Virus record (IMG/VR): IMGVR_UViG_3300032236_001065
Coordinates: 17,524 to 81,523 of that record
DNA: 64,000 bases
Direction: 5' to 3' (one strand)
Source of the DNA: a virus
Position numbers and translations under genes: made by a program. The notes beneath the pieces were generated by a model that saw only the letters and a program-made list of their open reading frames with translations, did not search any database and was not told the DNA's origin. Below are positions 50,026-58,167 of the stretch, in pieces (position 1 is the stretch's first letter; every line of letters begins with the position of its first letter).

Positions 50026-50157
50026 ATGGGAAGCAAGCATAACCAAGAAAAGATTAAGAAAGCTTTAGAAATTCGCATTAAAAATATGGAACCAGGCACA
50101 AAGAAGCCAGGCTCAATGAATAAGAAAAAGACAGGATACGCTAAAGTATCAAAGTAA
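50026..50157 (+). CDS. 43-aa basic peptide (not in ORF track)
   Basis: SD AAAGGA; MGSKHNQEKIKKALEIRIKNMEPGTKKPGSMNKKKTGYAKVSK. Confidence 0.55.
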   Translation: MGSKHNQEKIKKALEIRIKNMEPGTKKPGSMNKKKTGYAKVSK

Positions 50158-50172
50158 TGTATAATTAGATAT

Positions 50173-50460
50173 ATGAACAAAATTATAAATCATATATCTT
50201 TTTATGTAGACAAATACCCAGCCAGAATGTCTGGATATATGTCAGCGATAATTCTTAATGTATCTCATATGTGGGTAAATTTTCCAATTGGTTTGTTTAT
50301 TCCAGTTGCCATGTTGCTTATTATGATGGGCGAGGGATCACAGAGAAAAGAAGACGAAAAGACTTTGAAAGCTTTGTATACAGACAATGATAAGGAAAAG
50401 CCAGATTCTGATATACTATTAGATATGGTGTCAGAGTTACACAAGAAAGAGAGCAAGTAA
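50173..50460 (+). CDS. Two-TM membrane protein
   Basis: Two hydrophobic segments; TATAAT just upstream. Confidence 0.6.
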   Translation: MNKIINHISFYVDKYPARMSGYMSAIILNVSHMWVNFPIGLFIPVAMLLIMMGEGSQRKEDEKTLKALYTDNDKEKPDSDILLDMVSELHKKESK

Positions 50461-50897
50461 TGGAAGAATTAAATCAATTATTGATCAAGCTACAATCTAT
50501 GGTGGTCAAGATGTATGGACAATCACACGGCTATCACTGGAATATTGAAGGTCGCACATTCAAGCAAGATCACGCATTTTTGCTAGAAATTTATGAGGAT
50601 GTATTTGACTCTATTGACACATATTCAGAAAACCTCCGCAGATTAGGATATAAAGCACCATTTGGAGTAAAGTCATGGGATGCTAACAGCGAATTAGAGA
50701 TTAATGATTCCCTAGACCTAGACTCAAAAACAATGTTTCAAGAATTATCTAAAACTAATTTAATTGTCTTGGCAATGATTCGCAGGACATTTGACAAAGC
50801 TGCAGAATTAGATGAGCAAGGACTTTGTAACTTCTTGGCAGAAAGAGAAGATAAACATAAGTTCTGGCAATGGCAGTTGACAGCAACCCTTAAATAA
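50460..50897 (+). CDS. dps: Dps-family ferritin-like protein
   Basis: HGYHWNIEG..F...H...EIYE....IDTYSENLR.LG; HKFWQWQL. Confidence 0.92.
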   Translation: MEELNQLLIKLQSMVVKMYGQSHGYHWNIEGRTFKQDHAFLLEIYEDVFDSIDTYSENLRRLGYKAPFGVKSWDANSELEINDSLDLDSKTMFQELSKTNLIVLAMIRRTFDKAAELDEQGLCNFLAEREDKHKFWQWQLTATLK

Positions 50898-50922
50898 TAT
50901 AGAATACAGATATTGATGTACA

Positions 50923-50944
50923 AGGGTCACGAAAGTGACCTTTT
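50923..50944 (+). terminator. Intrinsic terminator after dps
   Basis: AGGGTCAC-GAAA-GTGACCTT-TT. Confidence 0.7.
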
Positions 50945-50950
50945 GTATTT

Positions 50951-51023
50951 GCCCCTGTAGTTCAGTGGATAGAACAATGGACTTCTAAGCCATGTGTCGC
51001 AGGTTCAATTCCTGCTAGGGGCA
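50951..51023 (+). tRNA. tRNA-Arg(TCT)
   Basis: GCCCCTG/TAGGGGC acceptor; loop CTTCTAA; GGTTCAATTCC. Confidence 0.92.
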
Positions 51024-51058
51024 CAACTGATGTATAATAGTACCGAGGAAGTGGTAAA

Positions 51059-51385
51059 TTGGAATACGATCCTTCAAATGAAGAACACCAAGAGTTAATG
51101 GACTATCTGGTAGCAGAAGGTGCAGCAAGTCTTGATGGGATAGCAGATGATGGAGAACCAGTTTATAAGTTTGATATGGAAATCTTGGAAGAGGTTATGC
51201 CAGAACTCCATCAAGCAATGCTAGATGATATGGACCAAGTTTTACTTGATTTATATCAAAAAGGTTTGATTGAAGTCTCTTATGACGAAGATCTAAACGC
51301 TCAAATTGCAGTATCTGAAGAAGGTAGAAATGCTCTTATTCAAGCTGGATTTGATATGGATTCTTTTGACGAAGAAACTTACTAA
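51059..51385 (+). CDS. Very acidic hypothetical protein
   Basis: TTG start; high D/E content. Confidence 0.65.
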   Translation: MEYDPSNEEHQELMDYLVAEGAASLDGIADDGEPVYKFDMEILEEVMPELHQAMLDDMDQVLLDLYQKGLIEVSYDEDLNAQIAVSEEGRNALIQAGFDMDSFDEETY

Positions 51386-51387
51386 TA

Positions 51388-51401
51388 AAATAAGGTGGTG
51401 A
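51388..51401 (+). promoter_or_regulatory. Shared leader/extended SD AAATAAGGTGGTGA (copy 3)
   Basis: Identical to capsid and major tail leaders. Confidence 0.7.
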
Positions 51402-51408
51402 TTTAAAT

Positions 51409-51645
51409 ATGGATAACAACCAACAAGGTAAAGAAGGTGGCGTACAACAACCAGCTTCAGCAACTCCAGTAACGGAGGCAGCAGGCCCACAGGCAGGTCT
51501 TGCATCAGATGCAAAGACTGATCTAGGTGTAAACAACCCAGGTTCAATGAATGTCGGAAGCCCTTTCACGGGGCGTGATGTTTCAATGACCACTCCACAA
51601 TACGCTGGAGGAAATATCACGACAACAGAGGCGGGGTCAAGATAA
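51409..51645 (+). CDS. Small disordered protein, probably abundant late product
   Basis: Capsid-type leader; Gly/Pro/Thr/Gln-rich. Confidence 0.65.
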   Translation: MDNNQQGKEGGVQQPASATPVTEAAGPQAGLASDAKTDLGVNNPGSMNVGSPFTGRDVSMTTPQYAGGNITTTEAGSR

Positions 51646-52452
51646 ATGGATTTTGTACAAAAAAGAGAATTTTCAGATGAAAAGCGTAAGCAAATGGCAT
51701 CAGCAGGTCACGCTATGCCAGATGGTTCTTTTCCTATTGAGAATGTAACTGATTTGCACAATGCAATCCAATCAGTAGGTCGCTCAAGTAATTATGCTAA
51801 AGCTAAGGCTCACATTATTCAAAGAGCAAAAGACTTAGAAGCAACAAACATCCTTCCAGATGATTGGAAGGTTAAAAAGTTTATTGATGATGTTAAGGAT
51901 GCATTTGAAAAGGCAATCGGTACATCTTCTTCAGTAGACCAAGAGCGTGACGAAAGAAGCGTTGAAAACTACGTTAGACAAAGTGCTAACACAGACACAA
52001 AATCTCAGATAGGAGGTACAATAATGTCAAACACAACAGAGCCAGATCCACAGGGATCTATTGCAGTACAAAAGGATTTGCCTAACGCAGATCGTGCAGC
52101 ATCACCAGCAATTGTTGATCAAGAGACTCGCCCAGAAGGTGATGTTTCTCCATCAGCAGCAGCACACAATGTTCCAGATGTTTCAACAGGTGGAGCAGGT
52201 GTCTATAAGGCTGGAATGACTTGCCCAGATTGCGGTCAGGCAGTATCACACAAGTGTGCAGCTGATTCAGCTGCAGACGATGAGTCAAAGGTTGAGAAGT
52301 CAGCAACAGATGATGAGGTTACAGAAACAGTTGAAAAAGCTGCAGATGAGCCAGAGTCTAAGGAAGAAGCTGCTAAGGAAACAGCCGAAGACGAGAAGGC
52401 GGAAATGAAGAAGTCCCTTTGGGGCGGAGCATTTGCACCATTAAAGCCATAA
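51646..52452 (+). CDS. Putative capsid cargo / scaffold-like protein
   Basis: N-terminal AMPDGSFPI.N..DL.NAI domain (DUF6582-like, seen on phage head proteases), VEKS/VEKA repeats, C-terminal KKSLWGGAF; internal SD AGGAGGT plus ATG 52024. Confidence 0.75.
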   Translation: MDFVQKREFSDEKRKQMASAGHAMPDGSFPIENVTDLHNAIQSVGRSSNYAKAKAHIIQRAKDLEATNILPDDWKVKKFIDDVKDAFEKAIGTSSSVDQERDERSVENYVRQSANTDTKSQIGGTIMSNTTEPDPQGSIAVQKDLPNADRAASPAIVDQETRPEGDVSPSAAAHNVPDVSTGGAGVYKAGMTCPDCGQAVSHKCAADSAADDESKVEKSATDDEVTETVEKAADEPESKEEAAKETAEDEKAEMKKSLWGGAFAPLKP

Positions 52453-52478
52453 GTTAATTATATATACGTATATATGTG

Positions 52479-52509
52479 CATAAGGACGGGAAACCGTCCT
52501 TGTGTATTT
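52479..52509 (+). terminator. Hairpin terminator
   Basis: CATAAGGACGG-GAAA-CCGTCCTTGTG-TATTT. Confidence 0.7.
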
Positions 52510-52518
52510 AGAAAGGAA

Positions 52519-52890
52519 ATGATGAGAGTATTAGTTTTTGGAGACAAAAATTGGCGGGATTATAATGATGTTATCCGCCAACTTACAGTATTAATTGATG
52601 ACCGTAAACACTTCTATCCAGATGATAAAGAATATGTATTTGTACATAAAGGTCTTCAGGGTGCAGAAAATATGGTAACAGAATATATTGGAAAAACCGA
52701 GAGATTCCTTAGACAAAAAGGCTATAAGATCAAAGAAGAATTAGTTAGAGATCGGACATCATATTCTGATGTCACTATGATTGAATCTATGCCAGATTTT
52801 GCTCTCATATTCGGGGATTGTCCAAGAAATAGACAATGCATTAAGTTGCTTGAAGCATATCAAATCCCGTTCAGAAATATCAAAGAATAA
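52519..52890 (+). CDS. SLOG-like (DUF2493/YspA-type) protein
   Basis: RVLVFGDKNWRDY...VHKG..GAE; SD GAAAGGA. Confidence 0.6.
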   Translation: MMRVLVFGDKNWRDYNDVIRQLTVLIDDRKHFYPDDKEYVFVHKGLQGAENMVTEYIGKTERFLRQKGYKIKEELVRDRTSYSDVTMIESMPDFALIFGDCPRNRQCIKLLEAYQIPFRNIKE

Positions 52891-52892
52891 GC

Positions 52893-52922
52893 TTGACACA
52901 AGCTCTATAAAACTGATACAAT
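52893..52922 (+). promoter_or_regulatory. Promoter TTGACA-N18-TACAAT
   Basis: Upstream of groES-like gene. Confidence 0.75.
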
Positions 52923-52954
52923 AGTATTAATGTACCTACTAACAAAGGAAATGA

Positions 52955-53260
52955 ATGACAAATATTGACCCACTAGGTGGTCTAATTCTAGTCAAAGAAA
53001 TAGAACAACAAGATAAACGCACAAAATCTGGTCTGGTTATTGCTGCAACCGCACAAGAATCAGAACTTAAGCGTGGAGAAATTGTAAAGCTTGGCCCAGG
53101 TGAGCGGGATCAAGAAGGAAAGATACATACAATCCCACTTGAAATCGGACAAATTATAATTTATAATGAAGGAAATGCAACAGAAGTTACAGATGCATTA
53201 AGCGAAAAATATCAATTTATCAATTGGCGACACCTACTAGGAGTAGAAAATAATGGCTAA
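52955..53260 (+). CDS. groES: GroES-like co-chaperonin
   Basis: PLGGLILV...TKSGLVI...GEIVKLGPG. Confidence 0.9.
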   Translation: MTNIDPLGGLILVKEIEQQDKRTKSGLVIAATAQESELKRGEIVKLGPGERDQEGKIHTIPLEIGQIIIYNEGNATEVTDALSEKYQFINWRHLLGVENNG

Positions 53261-53483
53261 GTTAACATTAGATTACGATTCAGCACACAAGTTTGTTGAA
53301 AAGAATAAGGATCAAGGCTTCTTTTGGGATGGCTTTACAATTGTAAAGTGGTCCCCTAGCAACAATGGTTTTATGCAACCAAATGGTTTATATAGAAACG
53401 GCAAGTGGGGATATTCAAATCGTTATGATTTGAAGTCAAACGGCACTTGGGATATAAGCGAGAAGTATGCCAAGTTCGTTTAA
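53253..53483 (+). CDS. Hypothetical protein
   Basis: FFWDGFTIVKW...GLYRNGKWG; coupled ORF. Confidence 0.65.
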   Translation: MAKLTLDYDSAHKFVEKNKDQGFFWDGFTIVKWSPSNNGFMQPNGLYRNGKWGYSNRYDLKSNGTWDISEKYAKFV

Positions 53484-53805
53484 TTTCTTAGGCATAGACA
53501 AGGAAGACCTTCAATGGTATCACCTTGCTGTATGCAATGGTATGACAACTAGACCAGACTTTGATTGGTTCTATGACTTGTATGAAGCTGACAAAGAAGC
53601 TGCAAAACAAGTTGATGAAATGTGTTTGTCATGTCCAGTTATTAAGATTTGTTACGAACAGGGCGTTAAGAATAAAGAAAAAGGCGTGTGGGGCGGGGTT
53701 TACATGGATCTTGGCAGACAAGATAAACAACATAACTCACACAAAACTCCTGAAACATGGAAGAAGTTAAAGAAGATTCATGGCACAAATAAAATACACG
53801 GTTGA
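53467..53805 (+). CDS. whiB: WhiB-family transcription factor
   Basis: W...AVC...CLSCPV...C....GVWGG. Confidence 0.9.
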   Translation: MPSSFNFLGIDKEDLQWYHLAVCNGMTTRPDFDWFYDLYEADKEAAKQVDEMCLSCPVIKICYEQGVKNKEKGVWGGVYMDLGRQDKQHNSHKTPETWKKLKKIHGTNKIHG

Positions 53806-54034
53806 AATGGCTAAAAAAATACGGGAAATAAAATGTCCCGTAAAAAATTTAGTAATGGATGTTAGGGCAAGACCTAATTATCTGGCTTTAACTGTGTATG
53901 AAGAAAATGTCATGGAGTATAACGAGTCTCAAAGAATGCAATTGATGGAATACCTATTATTGGTAAGACAATTAATTCAATCTTATGGGACACCATGTGA
54001 GCTGGAGGGAATCCAAGGCAATGTCAGATCATGA
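53780..54034 (+). CDS. Hypothetical protein
   Basis: Operon-coupled ORF. Confidence 0.65.
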   Translation: MAQIKYTVEMAKKIREIKCPVKNLVMDVRARPNYLALTVYEENVMEYNESQRMQLMEYLLLVRQLIQSYGTPCELEGIQGNVRS

Positions 54035-54230
54035 GGAAACAATAGAGTTTGTATATATCCCAGATGAGGGTATCTACGGAACTATTATCCAATACGGTGC
54101 TTGGTCATCATTAATTGAATATTATGATGGCGGAATTAAATACACCATTGAAATCCCCAACGATGAATATATTGTTGTAGATGAAATCGGTGTCGGATAT
54201 ATTGATGAAACGGAAGAAGATAACGAATGA
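54021..54230 (+). CDS. Acidic hypothetical protein
   Basis: Operon-coupled ORF. Confidence 0.6.
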   Translation: MSDHEETIEFVYIPDEGIYGTIIQYGAWSSLIEYYDGGIKYTIEIPNDEYIVVDEIGVGYIDETEEDNE

Positions 54231-54457
54231 ATTGTTACTCTTGTAATAAACAAAAGGCAGGCCTTGAGCCTACTAGATCATCTCTTATTCCAGGTATCAC
54301 ATTATTTTTGTGTGCTACTTGCATTGAAGAGAAAATGGAGCCACGTTGGGTTGTTATCTTGGCGGGGCGTCAAAACGGACCTGAATATGTAAGAGATTGT
54401 GTATTAAAGAGACGTTATTTTGGACATACAATTACAGCGGAGGAATTAATTGCTTAA
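54227..54457 (+). CDS. Zn-finger protein
   Basis: CYSC...CATC. Confidence 0.65.
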   Translation: MNCYSCNKQKAGLEPTRSSLIPGITLFLCATCIEEKMEPRWVVILAGRQNGPEYVRDCVLKRRYFGHTITAEELIA

Positions 54458-54746
54458 GATTACAGATGATGTAAAAGAGTTTCAGGCTGAAGATGAATGT
54501 GTAGTTTATTTTACAGCAGCTTGGTGTAATCCATGTAAGCAATTAAAGCCACATTATGGAAAAGTCTCAGTAATAGACGCTGAAACTAACTATTATATGG
54601 TTGATGTTGACAAGATACCCTCAGATACGGTAGAATATTATGGTATCAAAAGCATTCCCCAAATTTTTCTTATGCAAAAGGGGAAGATTGTTGAACGAAT
54701 TGAATCCCGTACAGCCGAAGCTATCTTGGAGGAATTAGGTAAGTGA
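54450..54746 (+). CDS. Thioredoxin
   Basis: FTAAWCNPCKQL, VDVD, IKSIP. Confidence 0.92.
   Translation: MLKITDDVKEFQAEDECVVYFTAAWCNPCKQLKPHYGKVSVIDAETNYYMVDVDKIPSDTVEYYGIKSIPQIFLMQKGKIVERIESRTAEAILEELGK
54607..54636 (+). promoter_or_regulatory. Internal promoter TTGACA-N18-TAGAAT
   Basis: Inside thioredoxin gene, upstream of HslV-like gene. Confidence 0.6.
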
Positions 54747-55288
54747 CAACAATCGTAGCAGTATGTAAAAATGGAAATGTTACTATTGGTTCAGACTCTC
54801 AAGTTACCGATAATGCACGTCCAAATATGCATCCATCTATGCAAAAAGTTACCAAAAATAATGGTTGGCTAGTTGCGGGTAGTGGTGATTCGCAGCCATG
54901 CGACATATTGCAACATGTATTTGTTCCACCAATTCCTACAGTAAAAGAAAGAGAAAATCTTTATCGTTTTATGGTTGTTAAATTTATTCCTGCAATGAAA
55001 GAATGTCTAGAGGAATATGGTTGGAAAGAAGATCAAAACGACAAAGATTCTGGATTCAATATGCTATTTGCATTTGATGGAGAAGTATTTGATATTGGAA
55101 ATGATTTTAGTGTTATGCTGAATAGCGACGGCATTTATGGTGTTGGCTCAGGCTCACCATTCGCTATTGGTGCGTTGTACGCTGGGGCAAGTATAGAGAA
55201 GGCTCTTGAAATTGCTGCTAACAATGATATTTATACATCTGGACCATTCCATATTGTAAAACAACAGAAACAATCAAAGAAGGCTTGA
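54743..55288 (+). CDS. HslV/proteasome-beta-like Ntn peptidase
   Basis: N-terminal (M)TTIVAV, GSDSQ, K, GVGSGS.FA.GAL, DIYTSG. Confidence 0.88.
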   Translation: MTTIVAVCKNGNVTIGSDSQVTDNARPNMHPSMQKVTKNNGWLVAGSGDSQPCDILQHVFVPPIPTVKERENLYRFMVVKFIPAMKECLEEYGWKEDQNDKDSGFNMLFAFDGEVFDIGNDFSVMLNSDGIYGVGSGSPFAIGALYAGASIEKALEIAANNDIYTSGPFHIVKQQKQSKKA

Positions 55289-55314
55289 CAAAAACTATAA
55301 CAATAAGTTATAAT
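55285..55314 (+). promoter_or_regulatory. Promoter TTGACA-N18-TATAAT
   Basis: Perfect consensus upstream of ORF 55377. Confidence 0.85.
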
Positions 55315-55376
55315 CAAAGTATTGGCTGCATCCGCAGCCATTATCCTGTACAGGGATACTAACTAGATAGGAAACT

Positions 55377-56456
55377 ATGAAGACAAATAAGAAGATCGCT
55401 CTTGCAACCGCTGCAGCTCTTGCAATCGTGGGCATCTCTGCTTCAGCACACGCAGCACCGCTTGCGGTAACAGTGGCTGGGTCAGCAAACACAACAACTT
55501 CTGCAGCACCAGCAACAGTGGCCGTACCTGCATCTAACGTAATTGATTCAGGTCATTCTATTGCTCTTGCAGCAACAGCAGATACCAATACTGTAGTAAC
55601 ATTTACTGCAACAGGTTCTGTTAAGCTTGCATCAGCATTGAACACTACACTAGCACCAGTTAGCACTGCTTCTGGTGTAACATCTGCTTCTGTAACCTCA
55701 CAGGGTACAGCAGTAACAGAATATGCTTATACAACAAGCACATCAGTTGGCTCTGTAACCATTACAAATGGTGCATATTCAACAATCATTTACATTCAAG
55801 GTACAGCGGGAGTAGCATCAAATGTTGCAGTTTCAGTACCAGCATCAGCCGCAATTAATACTGCACCAACAATTTCTGTTTCAGCAACAGACGTTTTTGG
55901 AAACGCAGTTGGTGGAGAAACCGTATCAGTAACACTTATCGGAGCAACATTCTCTGATCTTAGTGTAACCAAGTCCCTAGTTACATCAACCGCAGCAAAT
56001 GTTCTTGCTGATAATACCCTTACTTTGGGTTCAAAGTCTGCTACTTTGGCTGCAGTTTCTGCAGGTACAGTAACAGCAGTTGCTACAGATACTTCAATTG
56101 GTTCAGCAGTCACAGGATTGCCAGTCCCAGTTAAGTCAACTGCAGCATCATTTACTGTATCAGACCTAAACGCTTCAATCTCAGCATTGCAAGCACAGGT
56201 GTCTAGCCTAAGCAATACTATTGCATCTCTGCAAGCACAACTTGCAACTGCAAATGCAACTATTGCATCAAACAAGACTGCATCTGATTCAGCAACTGCT
56301 ACAGTACAGGCTTCATTTAATTCTGTACAAAAGTCATTCACTGCAGAGCAAGCAGCACACGCTGCTGATAAGATTTCTGCAGCAGCAAAGTATGCAGCAC
56401 TTGTTGCCAAGTACAACGCTATGGCTAAGAAGTACCACTTCTCAGCAACTAAGTAA
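55377..56456 (+). CDS. Secreted Ala/Thr/Ser-rich surface-layer-like protein (Ig-like domains plus coiled coil)
   Basis: Signal peptide KKIALATAAALAIVGISASAHA; ATDVFGNAV Big-domain motif; basic C-terminal helix. Confidence 0.75.
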   Translation: MKTNKKIALATAAALAIVGISASAHAAPLAVTVAGSANTTTSAAPATVAVPASNVIDSGHSIALAATADTNTVVTFTATGSVKLASALNTTLAPVSTASGVTSASVTSQGTAVTEYAYTTSTSVGSVTITNGAYSTIIYIQGTAGVASNVAVSVPASAAINTAPTISVSATDVFGNAVGGETVSVTLIGATFSDLSVTKSLVTSTAANVLADNTLTLGSKSATLAAVSAGTVTAVATDTSIGSAVTGLPVPVKSTAASFTVSDLNASISALQAQVSSLSNTIASLQAQLATANATIASNKTASDSATATVQASFNSVQKSFTAEQAAHAADKISAAAKYAALVAKYNAMAKKYHFSATK

Positions 56457-56470
56457 ATAACTTACCGATT

Positions 56471-56498
56471 GGGCGGGTTGAATAAACCCGCCCTTTTT
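56471..56498 (+). terminator. Intrinsic terminator
   Basis: GGGCGGGTT-GAATA-AACCCGCCC-TTTTT. Confidence 0.85.
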
Positions 56499-56524
56499 GG
56501 TAGAATAGAATAAAGGAGATATAA

Positions 56525-56806
56525 ATGGCTTGGTGGGTATCATGGGCACTTTCAGTATTAGGTGTCATAGGTATTTATTTGACGGGTAAGAAAAAATGGT
56601 ACGGGTTTGCAGTAGGAATTGCAAACGAATGTGCTTGGGTAATCTACTCTATAAATACAAAGCAATGGGGATTCATATTTGGATCAACAATTTATATCAC
56701 AGTTTATTCCTTTAATATAAACAAATGGCTTTCAGATGAAAGAAAGAATAAAATTAGAAATATGTTTCATATTAATCCTATGAACTATAGTAGAAAGAGT
56801 AAGTAA
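56525..56806 (+). CDS. PnuC-like / SemiSWEET-like three-TM protein
   Basis: SWALSVLGVIGIYLTGKKKWYGF...W.IY...KQWGF. Confidence 0.65.
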   Translation: MAWWVSWALSVLGVIGIYLTGKKKWYGFAVGIANECAWVIYSINTKQWGFIFGSTIYITVYSFNINKWLSDERKNKIRNMFHINPMNYSRKSK

Positions 56807-57027
56807 TGTCTAGCATACCACTATCAATGAAACAGCTTGAAGATATCGCAACGTCAGTAGCAAGAGATTTGCTAGAGAACTGGGCTTTGAACGATAGATT
56901 CACAGAGGAAGAACTTGAACAAGCAACGCAACACGCAGTAGACGATACAATTTTTGTAATCAACAACTTCATGGAGCATTTTAACGAATACATGATGTTT
57001 GAAGCAGAGAAGAAGAAGCTTAATTAA
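56806..57027 (+). CDS. Hypothetical protein
   Basis: Coupled ORF. Confidence 0.6.
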   Translation: MSSIPLSMKQLEDIATSVARDLLENWALNDRFTEEELEQATQHAVDDTIFVINNFMEHFNEYMMFEAEKKKLN

Positions 57028-57055
57028 ATAAAGATAATGGTATAATAGTTTTACC

Positions 57056-57436
57056 ATGAAAAAATTCTTGCTTAAAGTCAGACATTTATTCCTTCACTTT
57101 GAAAAAAGAATAGAAGAGCTGTCAGACTGGACGGCAGAAATATCAGCCAGCCCTTGGTTCCTTATAGCACACGCTATTTGGTGGGCATGCTGGATTATAT
57201 TTAAGGTAGAACCGTTCCCATACGGCCTTCTGACCATGATTCTGAGCCTAGAGGCAATTGTATTATCAGCCTTGCTTTTATCTTCAAGCAACCGTGAAGG
57301 AGATGTAGAAAAAAAGATCGCCCGTAAAGATTTATCTATATCTAAAGAAACAAATTGGATGGTAGAAGAAATCCATGAAATTGTGCGGGACTTGCAAGAA
57401 GATGTTAGACTCCTTAGAGATGAGGAGGAAGAGTAA
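57056..57436 (+). CDS. DUF1003-family membrane protein
   Basis: SPWFL..H..WW..W...EPFPYGLLTMILSLEAI.LS..LL.S.NR. Confidence 0.85.
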   Translation: MKKFLLKVRHLFLHFEKRIEELSDWTAEISASPWFLIAHAIWWACWIIFKVEPFPYGLLTMILSLEAIVLSALLLSSSNREGDVEKKIARKDLSISKETNWMVEEIHEIVRDLQEDVRLLRDEEEE

Positions 57437-57537
57437 TGGAATGCTTTTTGTTGTATGTTAGTATGTTGGTAATCATTGGTTTGTCTTTTAAGAACCATAA
57501 CGCCAATAAGCATAAGAAATAATAGATAGGATATAAG

Positions 57538-57840
57538 ATGGATTTAGAGGCAGCCGAAAATGCTTGGCGTGACCCTAGAGATCAAATTCAATATAAGTCT
57601 TTAAATAAAGTTCCATGTCCTTGCAATATGTGTGCCAGATCCCGTAAATTTGAAAGGGATGAAATTATAGAGGCACTTGAAGATCATAAATTAACTTATC
57701 AAAAATACCGTGGCTCATCATTTGATGCAGATGGAAATATTCTATGGATGAAAGATGATGTGCAGTCTTATACAGATGCTGTAAACGCCGTCCTAGACTT
57801 TATAAAAGGGCGGGAACCAAAGAAAGAGCCACGCAAATGA
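57538..57840 (+). CDS. Hypothetical protein
   Basis: ORF track; CPCNMC. Confidence 0.6.
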   Translation: MDLEAAENAWRDPRDQIQYKSLNKVPCPCNMCARSRKFERDEIIEALEDHKLTYQKYRGSSFDADGNILWMKDDVQSYTDAVNAVLDFIKGREPKKEPRK

Positions 57841-58139
57841 TAACAGAACCAATATATAAAACTAAAATAATTCCATTAAGATGGTTTGCAAATATGTGTA
57901 ATCATTTAGCTATGTATCCATTTGGCAAAGCATTAAGACAATCAGATATTGCTGAAGATAATGGATGGGAAGATGTAAAACTAATTGGACATATATGGTG
58001 GAATTTACATAAAATAATTAATTACCCATACGAAAAATGGGGAACGACATACAGAGTTGTCAGCTGGGAATTTGATGGAGAAGAAGGCTGGACTTATTTT
58101 GGAATAAATACGATAGAAGATTGGGATACTATTGACTAA
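57837..58139 (+). CDS. Hypothetical protein, paralogous to 60330..60518
   Basis: ANMCNHLA..P...PYEKWGTTY. Confidence 0.6.
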   Translation: MITEPIYKTKIIPLRWFANMCNHLAMYPFGKALRQSDIAEDNGWEDVKLIGHIWWNLHKIINYPYEKWGTTYRVVSWEFDGEEGWTYFGINTIEDWDTID

Positions 58140-58161
58140 TGTCAGTGGTGCGTGGTAGACT
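58132..58161 (+). promoter_or_regulatory. Promoter TTGACT-N18-TAGACT, leaderless transcript
   Basis: ATG 58168 six nt after -10, no SD. Confidence 0.7.
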
Positions 58162-58167
58162 AACGTC

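Noticed and set aside
52460-52475. Palindrome ATATATACGTATATAT
   Set aside because: Low-complexity AT palindrome seen once; cannot be told from chance
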